Source: Macrostomum lignano
Taxonomy: Eukaryota
NCBI GenBank assembly: GCA_002269645.1
Contig: NIVC01001823.1
Location: forward strand, 169,783-233,782
Reading direction: 5' to 3'
Length of the DNA stretch: 64,000 bases
The notes beneath the pieces were generated by a model. The model was not told the DNA's origin, searched no databases, and saw only the letters and a list, made by a program, of their open reading frames with translations. Shown in pieces: positions 37,202 to 49,410 of this stretch. The translations under genes and the position numbers were made by a program. Each line of letters opens with the position of its first letter. Position 1 is the first letter of the stretch.

Positions 37202-37732
37202 ATGCACTGCATCGGCTCCAAGCTGCCATCTGTTGTCCGTCTGTGCCAGCGGCTCTGCATCCAACCGCTCAGCGGTGCGGCTCAGGCTCCTCAGCCAATT
37301 GTAAAGGCTGTCCTGCCCGACCTGCCCTACGACTACAGCGCCCTGGAGCCGGTCATCAGCGCCGATATCATGCGTCTGCACCACCAGAAGCACCACGCCA
37401 CCTATGTGAACAATTTCAACTCCGCCCAGGAGACTCTGGCCGCCGCTCTGGCTGCTGGCAAAGCTTCCGACATCATTGCCGTCCAGGCGGCTCTGCGATT
37501 CAATGGCGGCGGTCACGTGAACCACAGCATCTTCTGGAAGAACCTCAGCCCTCAGGGCGGTGGCGAGCCATCCCGGTTCCTTTTGGAGGCGGTCAATCGC
37601 GATTTCGGCTCGTTCAGCAAGTTCCAGGAGCAGATGTCAGCCGCCGCCGTGGGTGTTCAGGGTAGCGGGTGGGCCTGGCTGGGCTATAACTTCAAGACTG
37701 ACCGGCTGCAGATTGCCACCTGCGCTAACCAG
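37202..37732 (+). CDS. SOD2: Mitochondrial manganese superoxide dismutase, exon 1
   Basis: Transit-peptide-like N-terminus, then [38 protein letters not shown] and [10 protein letters not shown]. Donor CAG|GTCAGT. Confidence 0.97.
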
Positions 37733-37864
37733 GTCAGTGTCTACTTTTATAGCTGACCTTTGATATTTCTGAGTAGCTATTGACCCATGTGAGTAGCTAT
37801 TGACCCATCAGTTTGAGATGGGTTCATCTTAGCATGTCTTGATTCATGACCTGAGCAATCATGA

Positions 37865-37985
37865 CAGCACCAGAGCCAGTCCTGACCCACCTGTCAGCAC
37901 CAGAGCCAGTCCTGACCCACCTGTCAGCACCAGAGCCAGTCCTGACCCACCTATCAGCACCAGAGCCAGTTCTGACCCACCTGTA
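37865..37985. repeat. 30-bp minisatellite x4 (cagcaccagagccagtcctgacccacctgt) in the SOD2 intron
   Basis: Direct inspection. Confidence 0.93.
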
Positions 37986-38006
37986 CTCATTGAAATTGCA
38001 TTCCAG

Positions 38007-38192
38007 GACCCGCTAAAGGCCACCACAGGCCTGGAGCCGCTGCTGGGCATAGATGTGTGGGAGCACGCCTACTACCTGCAGTACAAGAACGTTCGCCCAG
38101 ACTACGTCAAGAGCATCTGGAAGGTGATCAACTGGGACGACGTGGAGAATCGCCTGGACCAGGCCAAGAGTGGCGGAGTTAAGCTGGCTTGA
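38007..38192 (+). CDS. SOD2: MnSOD exon 2 (spliced 717 nt = 238 aa)
   Basis: Acceptor ttccag|GAC. Contains the DVWEHAYY metal-ligand signature. TGA at 38190-38192. Confidence 0.97.
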   Translation, partial: DPLKATTGLEPLLGIDVWEHAYYLQYKNVRPDYVKSIWKVINWDDVENRLDQAKSGGVKLA

Positions 38193-38654
38193 ATTTCTTA
38201 GCGAATGCTAACAAATTAATATTAACTTATTTTTTGTGAATTCAGCTTTGTTCATCTTCTGTCTGCTTGTTTCATAACATTTTTTGGGTAGTTTGTTAAT
38301 CATCATAAATTATAACTTTTAATTTTAGCACAGAAACGACAAATGTAATTTATTTATTATTACTGCAAGTAGTAAGTTGTGGTTTTTTCAAATCATATTT
38401 CCTAGTAAGGACAGTTAGCGATTCTCATATTAAAATAATGTCATGCCAGTTAGTTTCACTGTCGTTAAACTTCCTCGTTAAGTCGTTACTAAGATGGGCT
38501 TAAAAATTTAAAGTTTGTTTATCTTATAATATATTCTGTAGTTTATTAAGTTTACCACTAACGTGACCCGGTTAAAATACATCCTTTTGAGCCTCGATGC
38601 TGCTCATTTTTGATTACTGATTGCTGAGTCTGCTTATTTATTTATCGATTTTAT

Positions 38655-38701
38655 GACAGACAGACAGACAGGCAGACAGACAGACAGACAGACAGACACT
38701 A

Positions 38702-38746
<45 letters not shown>

Positions 38747-38921
38747 CTAAGACAGACAGACAGACAGACAGACAGGCAGACAGACTGACAGACAGACAGA
38801 CAGACAGACAGACACTAAGACAGACAGACAGACAGACAGGCAGACAGACTGACAGACAGACAGACACTAAGACAGACAGACAGACACTAAGACAGACAGA
38901 CAAGCAAACAGACAGACAGGC

Positions 38922-38958
<37 letters not shown>

Positions 38959-38973
38959 CTACGACAGACACTA

Positions 38974-39044
<71 letters not shown>

Positions 39045-39115
39045 TAGCCAGTCAGACAAACGGACGGACAGACAGACAGGCAGACGCAGATAAACAGGCA
39101 GATAGACAGACAGAC
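38655..39115. repeat. (GACA)n microsatellite with gacactaa interruptions
   Basis: Direct inspection. Confidence 0.97.
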
Positions 39116-39314
39116 GATAGTAAATTACATTCGCATAATCAAAATCACTTTCAAAATCAAGATACAAACTCTCACTTAAAGTCTGATTAAATAGTTACCA
39201 ATTTCTCCACTAAATTTCCAGCTAACAGCTTGCTAAACCGGAGCCGCTCCTGTTCCTGAAGCAGCACACCAACTAGTCCATAGTAATAAAGATCTACAAA
39301 GACTACACACTAGC

Positions 39315-39328
39315 GTTTCCATGGAGAC
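39315..39328. promoter_or_regulatory. X-box-like match GTTTCCATGGAGAC centred on the MARVEL-gene ATG
   Basis: Its reverse complement GTCTCCATGGAAAC fits GTHNYYATRRNAAC. Confidence 0.3.
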
Positions 39329-39614
39329 CGACGCCTACAAAGCAACCACTACCGAGACCACAGCCACCCATTCCGAGGGACCCGGTGTCGGGCTGGACAA
39401 AGACTTTGTCCGAACCCCCCTCGGCATCGTGCTGATTGCGGCTTTCGTCTCGGCCGTGATTTTATTCATCTGCGGCACCGTCTTCCCCTGGTCCATTCAC
39501 GGCGGCGGCTTTGTTGCTTTTGTTGGCACCACCGCCGCTTTCGGCACCGGCATTCTGTTTGTCCTGTACCTGATCCGCCTGCTGCCCAAGATTCCCGGCC
39601 CCTTCGGGCTGGTG
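39321..39614 (+). CDS. MARVEL-domain 4-TM protein (CMTM/plasmolipin/MAL-like), exon 1
   Basis: LDKDFVRTPLGIVL resembles the MARVEL N-terminal motif and is followed by hydrophobic helices. Donor GTG|GTGAGT. Confidence 0.85.
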
Positions 39615-39629
39615 GTGAGTCACCCCCAG

Positions 39630-40205
39630 CTTGTCTGTAGCTTACTGTGCCTGTCTGTAGCTTACTGTACCTGTCTGTAGATTACTGTACCTGTCTGTAG
39701 CTTACTGTACTTGTCTGTAGCTTACTGTTCCTGTCTGTAGCTTACTGTACTTGTCTGTAGCTTACTGTACCTGTCTGTAGATTACTGTACCTGTCTGTAG
39801 CTTACTGTACCTGTCTGTAGCTTACTGTACCTGTCTGTAGCTTACTGTGCCTGTCTGTAGCTTACTGTATCTGTCTGTAGCTTACTGTGCCTGTCTGTAG
39901 CTTACTGTACCTGTCTGTAGATTACTGTACCTGTCTGTAGCTTACTGTGCCTGTCTGTAGCTTACTGTACCTGTCTGTAGATTACTGTACCTGTCTGTAG
40001 ATTACAGTACCTGTTTGTAGCTTACTGTATCTGTTTGTAGCTTACTGTACCTGTCTGTAGCTTACTGTACCTGTCTGTAGCTTACAGTACCTGTCTGTAG
40101 ATTACAGTACCTGTCTGTAGATTACTGTACCTGTCTGTAGCTTACTGTACCTGTCTGTAGCTTACTGTACCTGTCTGTAGATTACTGTACCTGTCCGTAG
40201 CTTAC
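39630..40205. repeat. 20-bp minisatellite (cttactgtacctgtctgtag) starting just after the exon-1 donor
   Basis: Direct inspection. Confidence 0.97.
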
Positions 40206-40656
40206 CTCCACACTGGAAAAAACCGGCAGGGGACCCATAGGAGCCAGAAGGGTTTTAGGGGCTAACCCCTATAATATTTCAGTAGCACCTGTACTATTTT
40301 TGTACTACAGTGCAGTAAGTGCAGTAAAACACTGGTGACTCAATGTCTCGATAAATAAAAAAACAATATATATATATCAGAATGGTAATTAATTATAAGC
40401 CAATAAGCCAAATAGCAGTACAAAACTAAATTGTTATTCTTGCTACTTAATTGCGGCTACGCTAATCAGAAAATGGCACTGCATGATTACGAAACAGCTA
40501 GTACAAACAATGTACCTGGATTGTTCCTGGAAACTTATGGCTGCTTTTACATGTACAAGCGTCTGTCTAAATTCGCTTTTTTCGTCCTAAATCCTGACGT
40601 CTAGAGCATAGATAAGGTGACGAAATATCAAGCACTCTTGCCGTGATGGGGTTTGC

Positions 40657-40737
40657 GATCGTGATGACGCTTGCGATCGTGATGACACTTGCGATCGTGA
40701 TGACACTTGCGATCGTGATCGTATTCGCGATCGTGAT
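40657..40737. repeat. 18-bp repeat x4 (gatcgtgatgacacttgc) next to the LINE 3' tail
   Basis: Direct inspection. Confidence 0.85.
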
Positions 40738-42257
40738 GGTGTTGTTTTTTACTCTCGCCGGGGTCAAGCTGGACGGACAGCAACAGGAACTTAGCGACTT
40801 CAATGGGGTTGCGCCACTGATCCGAAGGCTCCAGCTCGGTGGGGTGAGCCGGTCAGTTAAAGAGATGCAGGCTGTCATGCAAGGCCGCGCCACACTCAGG
40901 GCAGCTGGGAGGCGTCTCAGGGTTCAGCCGGTGCTGGTAGATGCGAAGCAAGGGGCTGAAACCTGAGCGCAGCTGGGCGAGCAGGCAGAATGTACGGCGC
41001 GGCAGAGAGCGTTCAGACTCGCAGATATCAGGGCGGAGACCAACGACGCGGTTAGGAGGTAGGCTGTCGATATAATCCAGTACGATGTGCGAATTTTGTG
41101 CTCGTCTCGCCCTGTCCCAGGCTGCCGCGTCGTCGATGACCGCCGGGGCGGTGACTGGCTGCCAGGAATCATCAAAGAACGGTGCTGTAAAGATGGACGG
41201 CTTCATGCGCCGGCGAGGAGCCGGGCAGGCGGAGAGATGATGACAGGGGTGCTCAGGGCAGCGGGAGGCCAGAAGGAACTGGAGAGAGGAGCCTGTTGTG
41301 CTGCTGGACCGGGAGCATCCGAGTCTCGCAGTGGAGGTCGGCCACGGCACCGCTGACGGTGCAGCCCGTGACGCACCGAATGGCCGCGTTTTGGACCGCC
41401 TGGAGCCCGGTCCAGGAGGAGGACGAGATAGTAGGTCCCCAAACAGGAGCATCGTAGTTGAGGATGCTGCGTGAAATCGCCCTAAAGGTGTTGAGAAGCA
41501 GCTCCTTGCAGCAACCCCAACCGCTGCCCGCCAAGCAACGGAGGACGCTATTACGCTTGCGGGCCTTCTGGGTCGTCGCGTTGACGTGGCGGCAAAACGT
41601 CATTTTCGGGTCAAAGATGACTCCCAGGATTTTAGGATAGAGGGCCTGGGGTAGTCTGAAGCCGTCAAAGTTGACCTCGAGGGCCCTGGCGTATTCCCGT
41701 TGGTGCCGAGATTTTACTACATTTTACTGCCGAGACCTTGAGCTTGCAGGCGTCGAGAAACGGCGCCAGACGCGCCAGGTAGACGTTAAGTTGCTCCTGG
41801 ATGCGCGAGATGGAAGCGGAAGACGCAGCCACAGTCAGGTCGTCGGCGTATCCGATAAGGCTTGAGTCAGGGTCGTCCGGCATAGGGGTGTCCTTCAGGT
41901 AGAAAGCGAAGAGAAGCGGGTTGATCGCGCTGCCATAGGGGGACTCCCATACGGACTTGGCGCCAGGCGGACTTGCAGTCGCGCAGCACGGTGCGGGCGT
42001 GACGACCAAGAAGGTAGTTGGAGAGTTGCAGGTTCGGCAGGTCGGAGTTAAAGATGTCGGTAATGAGCTCGTAGTGATCCACACAATCGATAGCGGCTTT
42101 CAAGTCGAGGGCAACTGTGCCTGTTCTCGCCGGGTGTTTAGCATGGCAGAAACCAGTGCTGATCTGCTCAACGAGCTGGCACAGGGCAGTGGTGGTCGAG
42201 CGCATCGGGCGAATGCCGTGCTGCCAGGCTGGGAGTTTCAGGTTATCTGTCAGCAGG
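40738..42257 (-). mobile_element. 5'-truncated, frameshifted non-LTR retrotransposon (I/Jockey-group-like LINE): RT, post-RT domain, C-terminal CxxC..H motif and aaaaacaac tail
   Basis: Peptides QHGIRPMRSTTTAL, VALDLKAAIDCVDH, GSAINPLLFAFYL, GYADDLTV, LAGSGWGCCKELLLNTFRAISRSILNYDAPVW, LQAVQNAAIRCVTG and CPECGAALHDSLHLFN are spread over several frames. Confidence 0.92.
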
Positions 42258-42287
42258 GGTTTCCCGTGTTGAGTCAAATTAAGCCGC

Positions 42288-42327
<40 letters not shown>
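42258..42327 (-). rRNA. 70-nt fragment of the universally conserved 18S rRNA core (orphan fragment, not a gene)
   Basis: Minus strand reads TAAAGGAATTGACGGAAGGGCACCACCAGGAGTGGAGCCTGCGGCTTAATTTGACTCAACACGGGAAACC, matching the canonical eukaryotic SSU sequence as I recall it. Flanks are not rRNA. Confidence 0.95.
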
Positions 42328-43520
42328 TTTGTTTCCACTAGGCTCATATAATGATCCTAAACCTTGCCTAGCGTAGCTCTAGTGTCAAAAAAGGGGTGGC
42401 ACTAGGCATATGGGCCTTAAATCCGAAAGGCCTTACAAACACGGCTTGAACCTCGGAGTGCTGAGATTTGTAATGTTTTTCCGACCTTGACTGGATCAAG
42501 TCCGAGTCCTTTCACTTTATTGAGAGTCGTGGTTAGAACCGTGTCCAAGGCACCGCACCGACAGCGATTCCAACGACTTTAACGCCGCCAGAGATGTTCA
42601 AAAGCTCGGCGACTTGACCCCTCAGACCTTCATATTTAGCCTCTTTAAACCGTTCCTTTGATTGTAGCACATTCTCATTCGATTCATAGGGTACAGTGAC
42701 GTCTATGATCGCTCCATCGTTGCCCTTCCTGAAAATCAGGTCGGGCTTAAAGTTCTCTAGATCTTTACGAACGAGCCGTTCTCTCCAAACTTCCCAACCA
42801 TTGTCCACCAGGGCTTTGCCAAGATAGCTCGTAATCCGCAATAAAATTGTGCCGGCGGCATTGGGCTAGTCTGGTAAACGGGCATTCATTCAAAACATGC
42901 TCAGTTTCTACCGCGTTTCCACAGCGACGGCATTTCAGAGTCTCAAAGTCTTGGGTGGATGAATTGGCGCGTCTCAACAGTTCTTGTAACCAACTTGTTG
43001 ATAGACACGTATTCACCCGCCTTCACTACACCGTCTTCGCCATGTAGCCAATAAGGTCTAACCGCGCTTTCCCACCGTACGCTCATGAGCTTCCCTCTGG
43101 GTGCTCAAATAGGCCTGCTCATATTTATCCTGTATAACCTTTTTTTGCGGATTTAACGTAAAGTCCACGAGTGAGACTACTTTCATAAGTTGGAATTTTT
43201 TCACTTATGTTGGCTACAACTGGGTCCGAAGAGCTCGCCATGCTTTCGCAGGCAGCACGCCGCATCAGCGGAATCGTGAGCTCAAAATCAGGTAGCCCGA
43301 GGCTTCTGTACTTCGAGAAGTACAGAGAAATCGGGTCCTCGCGGGGGAGAGCAGCAATTCTGGCCACTTGCTCCAGTCTCGGCACCAGTCCAGTTACTTA
43401 TACGAGTGCTAAAACTCAAGATAGCTTCTTACGATGATGCGGTGGATCCTTTAGCACAGCCAGAAGTTCTTCGACTTCCAACTCTGAGGCAGCTTGGTGG
43501 AAAAGGCATTCGTTCATCCT
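42328..43520 (-). mobile_element. 5'-truncated R2-clade (RLE-type) non-LTR retrotransposon: thumb region, CCHC knuckle, PD-(D/E)xK endonuclease and about 200 nt of 3' UTR; 3' junction is into 18S sequence (R8-like)
   Basis: Peptides LPREDPISLYFSKYRSLGLP..SSDPVV, KCRRCGNAVETEHVLNECPFTRLAQCRRHN and KPDLIFRKGNDGAIIDVTVPYE...KEAKY. Left boundary is sharp; right boundary is approximate. Confidence 0.88.
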
Positions 43521-45556
43521 CCGTCATCTCTTTCAGTTTATACAGATTTCACAAAATGACCCAGTTCTGACGATAAATAAGAGCACTCAAAACATAGCTT
43601 TACTCAATTGAGTAAGGCCCAATGCCGAAGCGACAAACCATTGCGTTGATTCATGGTTGCTCATATTCGATATTTGACTGATATATTCAAGAGGATGGAC
43701 AACAGACAAAAACATCCTACATGTAGATTATGAAGATAATCGGAAAATCTCTGTTCAAACAATTTATGAAAATTGGGGAAATTATCTAAAGAATTTTACA
43801 ACTTTGTAAATGTAACATTCAATAAAGCAAATGACCCATAAAGTTATTAATTTGGACTTCAATAAGACACAAATTACCTAAATTTTAGCAGCTATCGAGT
43901 CAATAATATTTTTTCCTAAGTATGTGAAAGCAAAGGAAAAAACAGTTCAGTTGGAAAACAAACCTAATTTCTGACCAAAGAAGCGACCATCTGGACCAGT
44001 AAGAGTCCAGATGCAAAAATCCTGTAAATTGTTGTCAATGATCAAAAAGCAAGTGACTAACCAAAAGAGCGGAAGTGAATTCAATGTACGAGCCGTACTC
44101 TATGTTTTCAGCATATTATCTGACAAGTGAAGAACAAAAAATGTAAGAATGTAAGAAATGTAAATGTAAAAATGTAGGCTGAAGGAACAAAAATGTAATA
44201 CACTAAATTTGTGAGCAGTGCTCACAAACATGAATCGCTAAAAATGATTAGATGCCAATGGAAACAAAACGAACTCAGACTCAACCTTCCCTTTAGGAGC
44301 ACCAGAAATCCATGATCGCGACACAGCATAATAACCAATAGAAAGATTTCCTGACGGGTAGGGATGCATTGACAAATCACGGCGAAATATCAAATCTTCC
44401 CCAGAAACTGAGTTGGAAGTGACTATTTACAACTGCACAACTTTACAATTAACAAGGCTTGAGAGAGAACTTAAAAAGAACGCATCACCATCAACTGATT
44501 ACTGACATGTTTTAAAATACCTCTTTCTGTCGGACACCTCGTGTTCTTAAGAACACCAAGATGGTTTTCAAACTGAAAAGCAAATAAATGAATCAAATGA
44601 GCCGTATAACCTAACAAACCCATGCAAATGCAACAATAAATGACAATTGTAGCTTAATGAATGTACACCAAACAACAATGACAAAATTGGAACCAAAATT
44701 TTCGAGAGATCGATGTGCACATTCATACGAATACCAATCACTGAACCTCGAAGAAGTAAATACATAAAATGCATAGTGTAGCTTGAGGAAGTGTAGATAA
44801 AAACAGAAATTTCAATCAGAGGCGACATGACTCACTGATTATCTTCACGATATGCTCGGTAAAATTAATCAGTGCGACTATCATGTACATGCAGTAGTTG
44901 GAAAAATCATTGCGATCCTAAATTCGAGTGGTTGTACAACGACAATATGAGCATTCTTTGGCTGCTGTATGACCAAGAACACCTTTAACAATAAGCACGA
45001 GCATGTGTATCACCAATGAGTCGCATTCTAACAACTTTGACATTACACCCAGAAATGTTCAAGCCAACGTAACAGCTTGACTTCCCCGACAAGTTTACGC
45101 AGAAACAACTGCAGATTGGCCCTTCACTTGGCCTTTATACAATGTTAAAGTGAATCACGTGAATGGAAAAGAAGTGCCTTCAATCAAATGACACTAAAAT
45201 TGGCCACAGGACTCAAGTCAGGAGCACTTCGAAAAGCGGCAGACGACCAAAATTTACTTCACAAGAGATAACAAATTGTTTATTTGTGGGATAGGTTAAT
45301 TAATTGATGTTCATAACAAAACTCAATGTTGTTCTTGAGTGAAATGTAAGCATAAGTTCCTGAACCAATGATAAAATTGGTTCCATACGAACGTCTCCTT
45401 AGTGTAAGATAAATGATAAAAAAATAATTAGAATCACGCACAAATGTAATTTTATCCCAAATGGCACTATTATTCTGACGCTTAAAAAACCCTGCTTGCG
45501 CACATACCAATAACCAATCTGATAATCTGCACACTCTCTTAATCCGACCCATTCAG

Positions 45557-45658
45557 ATCCTGATCTACCTGGCCGTGGTGGTCATTCTGAGCCTGATTGC
45601 TTTCATCCTATCGGCCGTGAACGGAAAGGGCATTGGCGGCGCCGCCATCGCCAGCGCT
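45557..45658 (+). CDS. MARVEL protein exon 2 (ILIYLAVVVILSLIAFILSAVNGKGIGGAAIASA)
   Basis: Acceptor attcag|ATC and donor GCT|GTGAGT, both phase 0. Encodes a TM helix. Not in the ORF track. Confidence 0.8.
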
Positions 45659-45719
45659 GTGAGTTTTTTGAAATAACTTCTGGCTAATTTTCAGAATTCT
45701 CCCTTACTGGGAATTCCCT

Positions 45720-46090
45720 ATTGCTGTAAAAAAATCCACAGGGGAACCCTTATGGGAATCCCTTTGAAAAACTCCTAATGGAAATCCCGATAAGAAACTC
45801 CAAATGGAAATCCCTTTGTGAAGCTCCTGTGGGAAATCCCAATGAAAAAACTCCTGTGGGAAATCCCAATGAAAAACTCCCATGGGAAATCCCTCTGAGA
45901 AACTCCCCTGGGAAATCCCTATGAGAAATCCCTATGATAAACTCCCCTGGGAAATTCCTATGATAACTCCCTGGGAAATTCCTTTGAGAAACTCCCCTGG
46001 GAAATCCCTATGATAAATTCCCCTGGGAAATCCCTATGAGAAATTTCCAATGGGAAATCCCGATGAAAAATTCCGTGGAAAATCCCTGAG
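45720..46090. repeat. Degenerate about 30-bp repeat built on gggaaatccc, in MARVEL intron 2
   Basis: Direct inspection. Confidence 0.85.
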
Positions 46091-46158
46091 CAATTTCAAT
46101 ATTTCGCACTAGCATAGGCTTCAAGTCAGCGAGAATCTCTGATGCCTCATTATCCCAG

Positions 46159-46344
46159 GTGTTCGCCGTTCCCACGCTTGGCCTACACGGCTACTTTGGC
46201 TTCCTGATGTTCCGCAAGTACCAGGTGCTGAAAAATCATTTCCACAAAGGCGAGTGCGGCCACAGCTACTCGGTCACCACCACCCAGCAGAATTACGAGG
46301 CCTCTCACCCCGAGGACGCCGCGCCGGCCTACGGCAACTACTGA
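46159..46344 (+). CDS. MARVEL protein exon 3 (spliced 582 nt = 193 aa)
   Basis: Acceptor tcccag|GTG. Encodes the last TM helix and cytoplasmic tail. TGA at 46342-46344. Confidence 0.8.
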   Translation: MFAVPTLGLHGYFGFLMFRKYQVLKNHFHKGECGHSYSVTTTQQNYEASHPEDAAPAYGNY

Positions 46345-46669
46345 CCTTGATTTGTTCATTCGACCGGCTAATGTTTAGTGTTGGCAATCTGATAATTGTT
46401 TGTTTTGAAAAACTTATGGACAGTCATGTTTCCATCATACTACTGACGAAACTTGACCATGCCGGCAGTAGAGTGTTGAGGATATTAACATATTTACAAT
46501 ATTATAGTAGCAAAATGTGCAATGAATCTCGTTTTTATTCCATTGTTATACAGCTATAGCTAAATTTAGTTTAAAAAACTGCGTAACATACTATTAGTAG
46601 TCAGTGGCGTATCCTGGAGCGTCTCCCTTGTTTGGCGACTGAGAAACTTCTCATGCTTGGATCGCTTAA

Positions 46670-47930
46670 TAGGTTGCTAGGACCGCTAAGTCGGTTGCTA
46701 TGGACACTGATTCAGTTTCAAAGGGCTGGAATGGTTGATATGGATGCCAATTCAGTTGCTAGGGTTTGCTAAATCGGTTGCTATGGCTGCCAATTCAGTT
46801 GCTAGGGTTTGCTAAATCGGTTGCTATGGATGTCAGTCAATTCAGTTGCTCGGATTTGCTAAATCGGTTGCTATGGATGCCAATTCAGTTGCTAGGGTTT
46901 GCTAAATCGGTTGCTATGGCTGCCAATTCAGTTGCTAGGGTTTGCTAAATCGGTTGCTATGGCTGCCAATTCAGTTGCTAGGGTTTGCTAAATCGGTTGC
47001 TATGGATGCCAATTCAGTTGCTAGGGTTTGCTAAATCGGTTGCTATGGCTGCCAATTCAGTTGCTAGGGTTTGCTAAATCGGTTGCTATGGATGTCAGTC
47101 AATTCAGTTGCTCGGATTTGCTAAATCGGTTGCTATGGATGCCAATTCAGTTGCTAGGGTTTGCTAAATCGGTTGCTATGGCTGCCAATTCAGTTGCTAG
47201 GGTTTGCTAAATCGGTTGCTATGGATGCCAATTCAGTTGCTAGGGTTTGCTAAATCGGTTGCTATGGCTGCCAATTCAGTTGCTAGGGTTTGCTAAATCG
47301 GTTGCTATGGATGTCAGTCAATTCAGTTGCTCGGATTTGCTAAATCGGTTGCTATGGATGCCAATTCAGTTGCTAGGGTTTGCTAAATCGGTTGCTATGG
47401 ATGCCAATTCAGTTGCTAGGGTTTGCTAAATCGGTTGCTATGGCTGCCAATTCAGTTGCTAGGGTTTGCTAAATCGGTTGCTATGGATGTCAGTCAATTC
47501 AGTTGCTCGGATTTGCTAAATCGGTTGCTATGGCTGCCAATTCAGTTGCTAGGGTTTGCTAAATCGGTTGCTATGGCTGCCAATTCAGTTGCTAGGGTTT
47601 GCTAAATCGGTTGCTATGGATGTCAGTCAATTTAGTTGCTCGGATTTGCTAAATCGGTTGCTATGGATGCCAATTCAGTTGCTAGGGTTTGCTAAATCGG
47701 TTGCTATGGATGCCAATTCAGTTGCTAGGGTTTGCTAAATCGGTTGCTATGGATGCCAATTCAGTTGCTAGGGTTTGCTAAATCGGTTGCTATGGATGTC
47801 AATTCAGTATTTAGGGTCGCTGATTCGGTGGCTATGAACACCAATTAAGTTGCTAGGGACGCCTAATCGGTTGCTATGAATACCAATTCAGTTGCTAGGG
47901 TTGCTGAGTCGGCTGCTATGAACGCCTTAT
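46670..47930. repeat. 43/47-bp minisatellite (gttgctatggatgccaattcagttgctagggtttgctaaatcg) with higher-order periodicity
   Basis: Direct inspection. Near-identical 60-aa ORFs recur through the array. Confidence 0.97.
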
Positions 47931-48639
47931 CGTGAAATGAAAGTTCCTGCGGTCGCCGCTGTTAGTATTTCTGCCTAAAAGTTTCAATAATTTTGTTTTT
48001 GCAGTTTGCTGCGTATTATTAGTATCTTATATATACATTATTGCTTGCTAATGCTATCCTCAATATGCAATAATATAATGTTTTATTACTGTGATTTTTT
48101 GTTTTATGTTAAAGTCGATCACAATCTTGATCCTGATCCTGTTATTATGTAAACATTTTACACCACTGTATGAAATTATATACGCCCCGTTTTATTTACA
48201 AAGCTTTGCTACTTAGGGTAGTTTTAGCAATCTTTTATCCATTGCAAAACTGTCACGAGTTTGTGCTGTTACAGTGCACCCTCATGTATTGCTGTTTCTT
48301 TTCTGCAACTAATCTGCTTTCTCTCAGCTGTTTCTATCTTTTTTCTTTGTTTTAATTTTTTTGTTTTTGACGCAATTCGGCATAATGAAAAAATGACACT
48401 TAATAGTTATTGGTATTATTTATTTGTTACTTGTGTTTAACCCTAACACACACTTTCTAACCTTCTCGCTAAACTATCGATTTTTACCAATTTTGACAAT
48501 ACTATATTGATTGATTGATTTGCTTTGATATTTACGGGATTTTACCGTTTAGATCAACATGCTATAAGTCACGAGGAAACCCCTGCTGTTGCTATAAAAT
48601 ACTATAAATAGACTACTTCTAGAAAACCTCATTTTTTCT

Positions 48640-49410
48640 ACCCCTCCGGCCAGCCACCGCACTCTAACCCCCATTTTTCTACCCTTCCGGCCAACCACCC
48701 CACTCTGACGCCCATTTTCCTACCCCTCCGGCCAGCCACCGCACTCTAACCCCCATTTTCCTACCCCTCCGGCCAACCATCCCACTCTGACGCCCATTTT
48801 CCTACCCCTCCGGCCAACCATCCCACTCTAACCCCCATTTTCCTACCCCTCCGGCCAACCATCCCACTCTAACCCCCATTTTCCTACCCCTCCGGCCAGC
48901 CACCGCACTCTAACCCCCATTTTCCTACCCCTCCGGCCAACCATCCACTCTGACGCCTATTTTTCTACCCCTCCAGCCAACCATCCACTCTGACGCCTAT
49001 TTTTCTACCCCTCCAGCCAACCATCCCACTCTGACGCCTATTTTTCTACCCCTCCAGCCAACCATCCCACTCTGACGCCTATTTTTCTACCCCTCCAGCC
49101 AACCATCCCACTCTGACGCCTATTTTTCTACCCCTCCGGCCAACCATCCCACTCTGACGCCCATTTTCCTACCCCTCCGGCCAACCACCTAACTCTAACC
49201 CATATTTTTCTACCCCTTCAGCCAACCACTCCACTTTAACCCCCAGTTTCCCACCCCTCTGGCCAACCATCTACTCTAACCCCCATCTTCCTATCCCTCC
49301 CTTCCGGCCAACCACCCCACTCTGACGCCCATTTTCCTACCCCTCCGGCCAGCCACCCCACTCTAACCCCCAGTTCCTGCCCCTCAGACAAGCCACTGCA
49401 CTCTAACCCC
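48640..49410. repeat. About 40-bp C-rich minisatellite (cccattttcctacccctccggccaaccatcccactctaac)
   Basis: Direct inspection. Confidence 0.95.

Noticed and set aside
42258-42327. A functional rRNA gene
   Set aside because: Only 70 nt match and both flanks are retroelement sequence.
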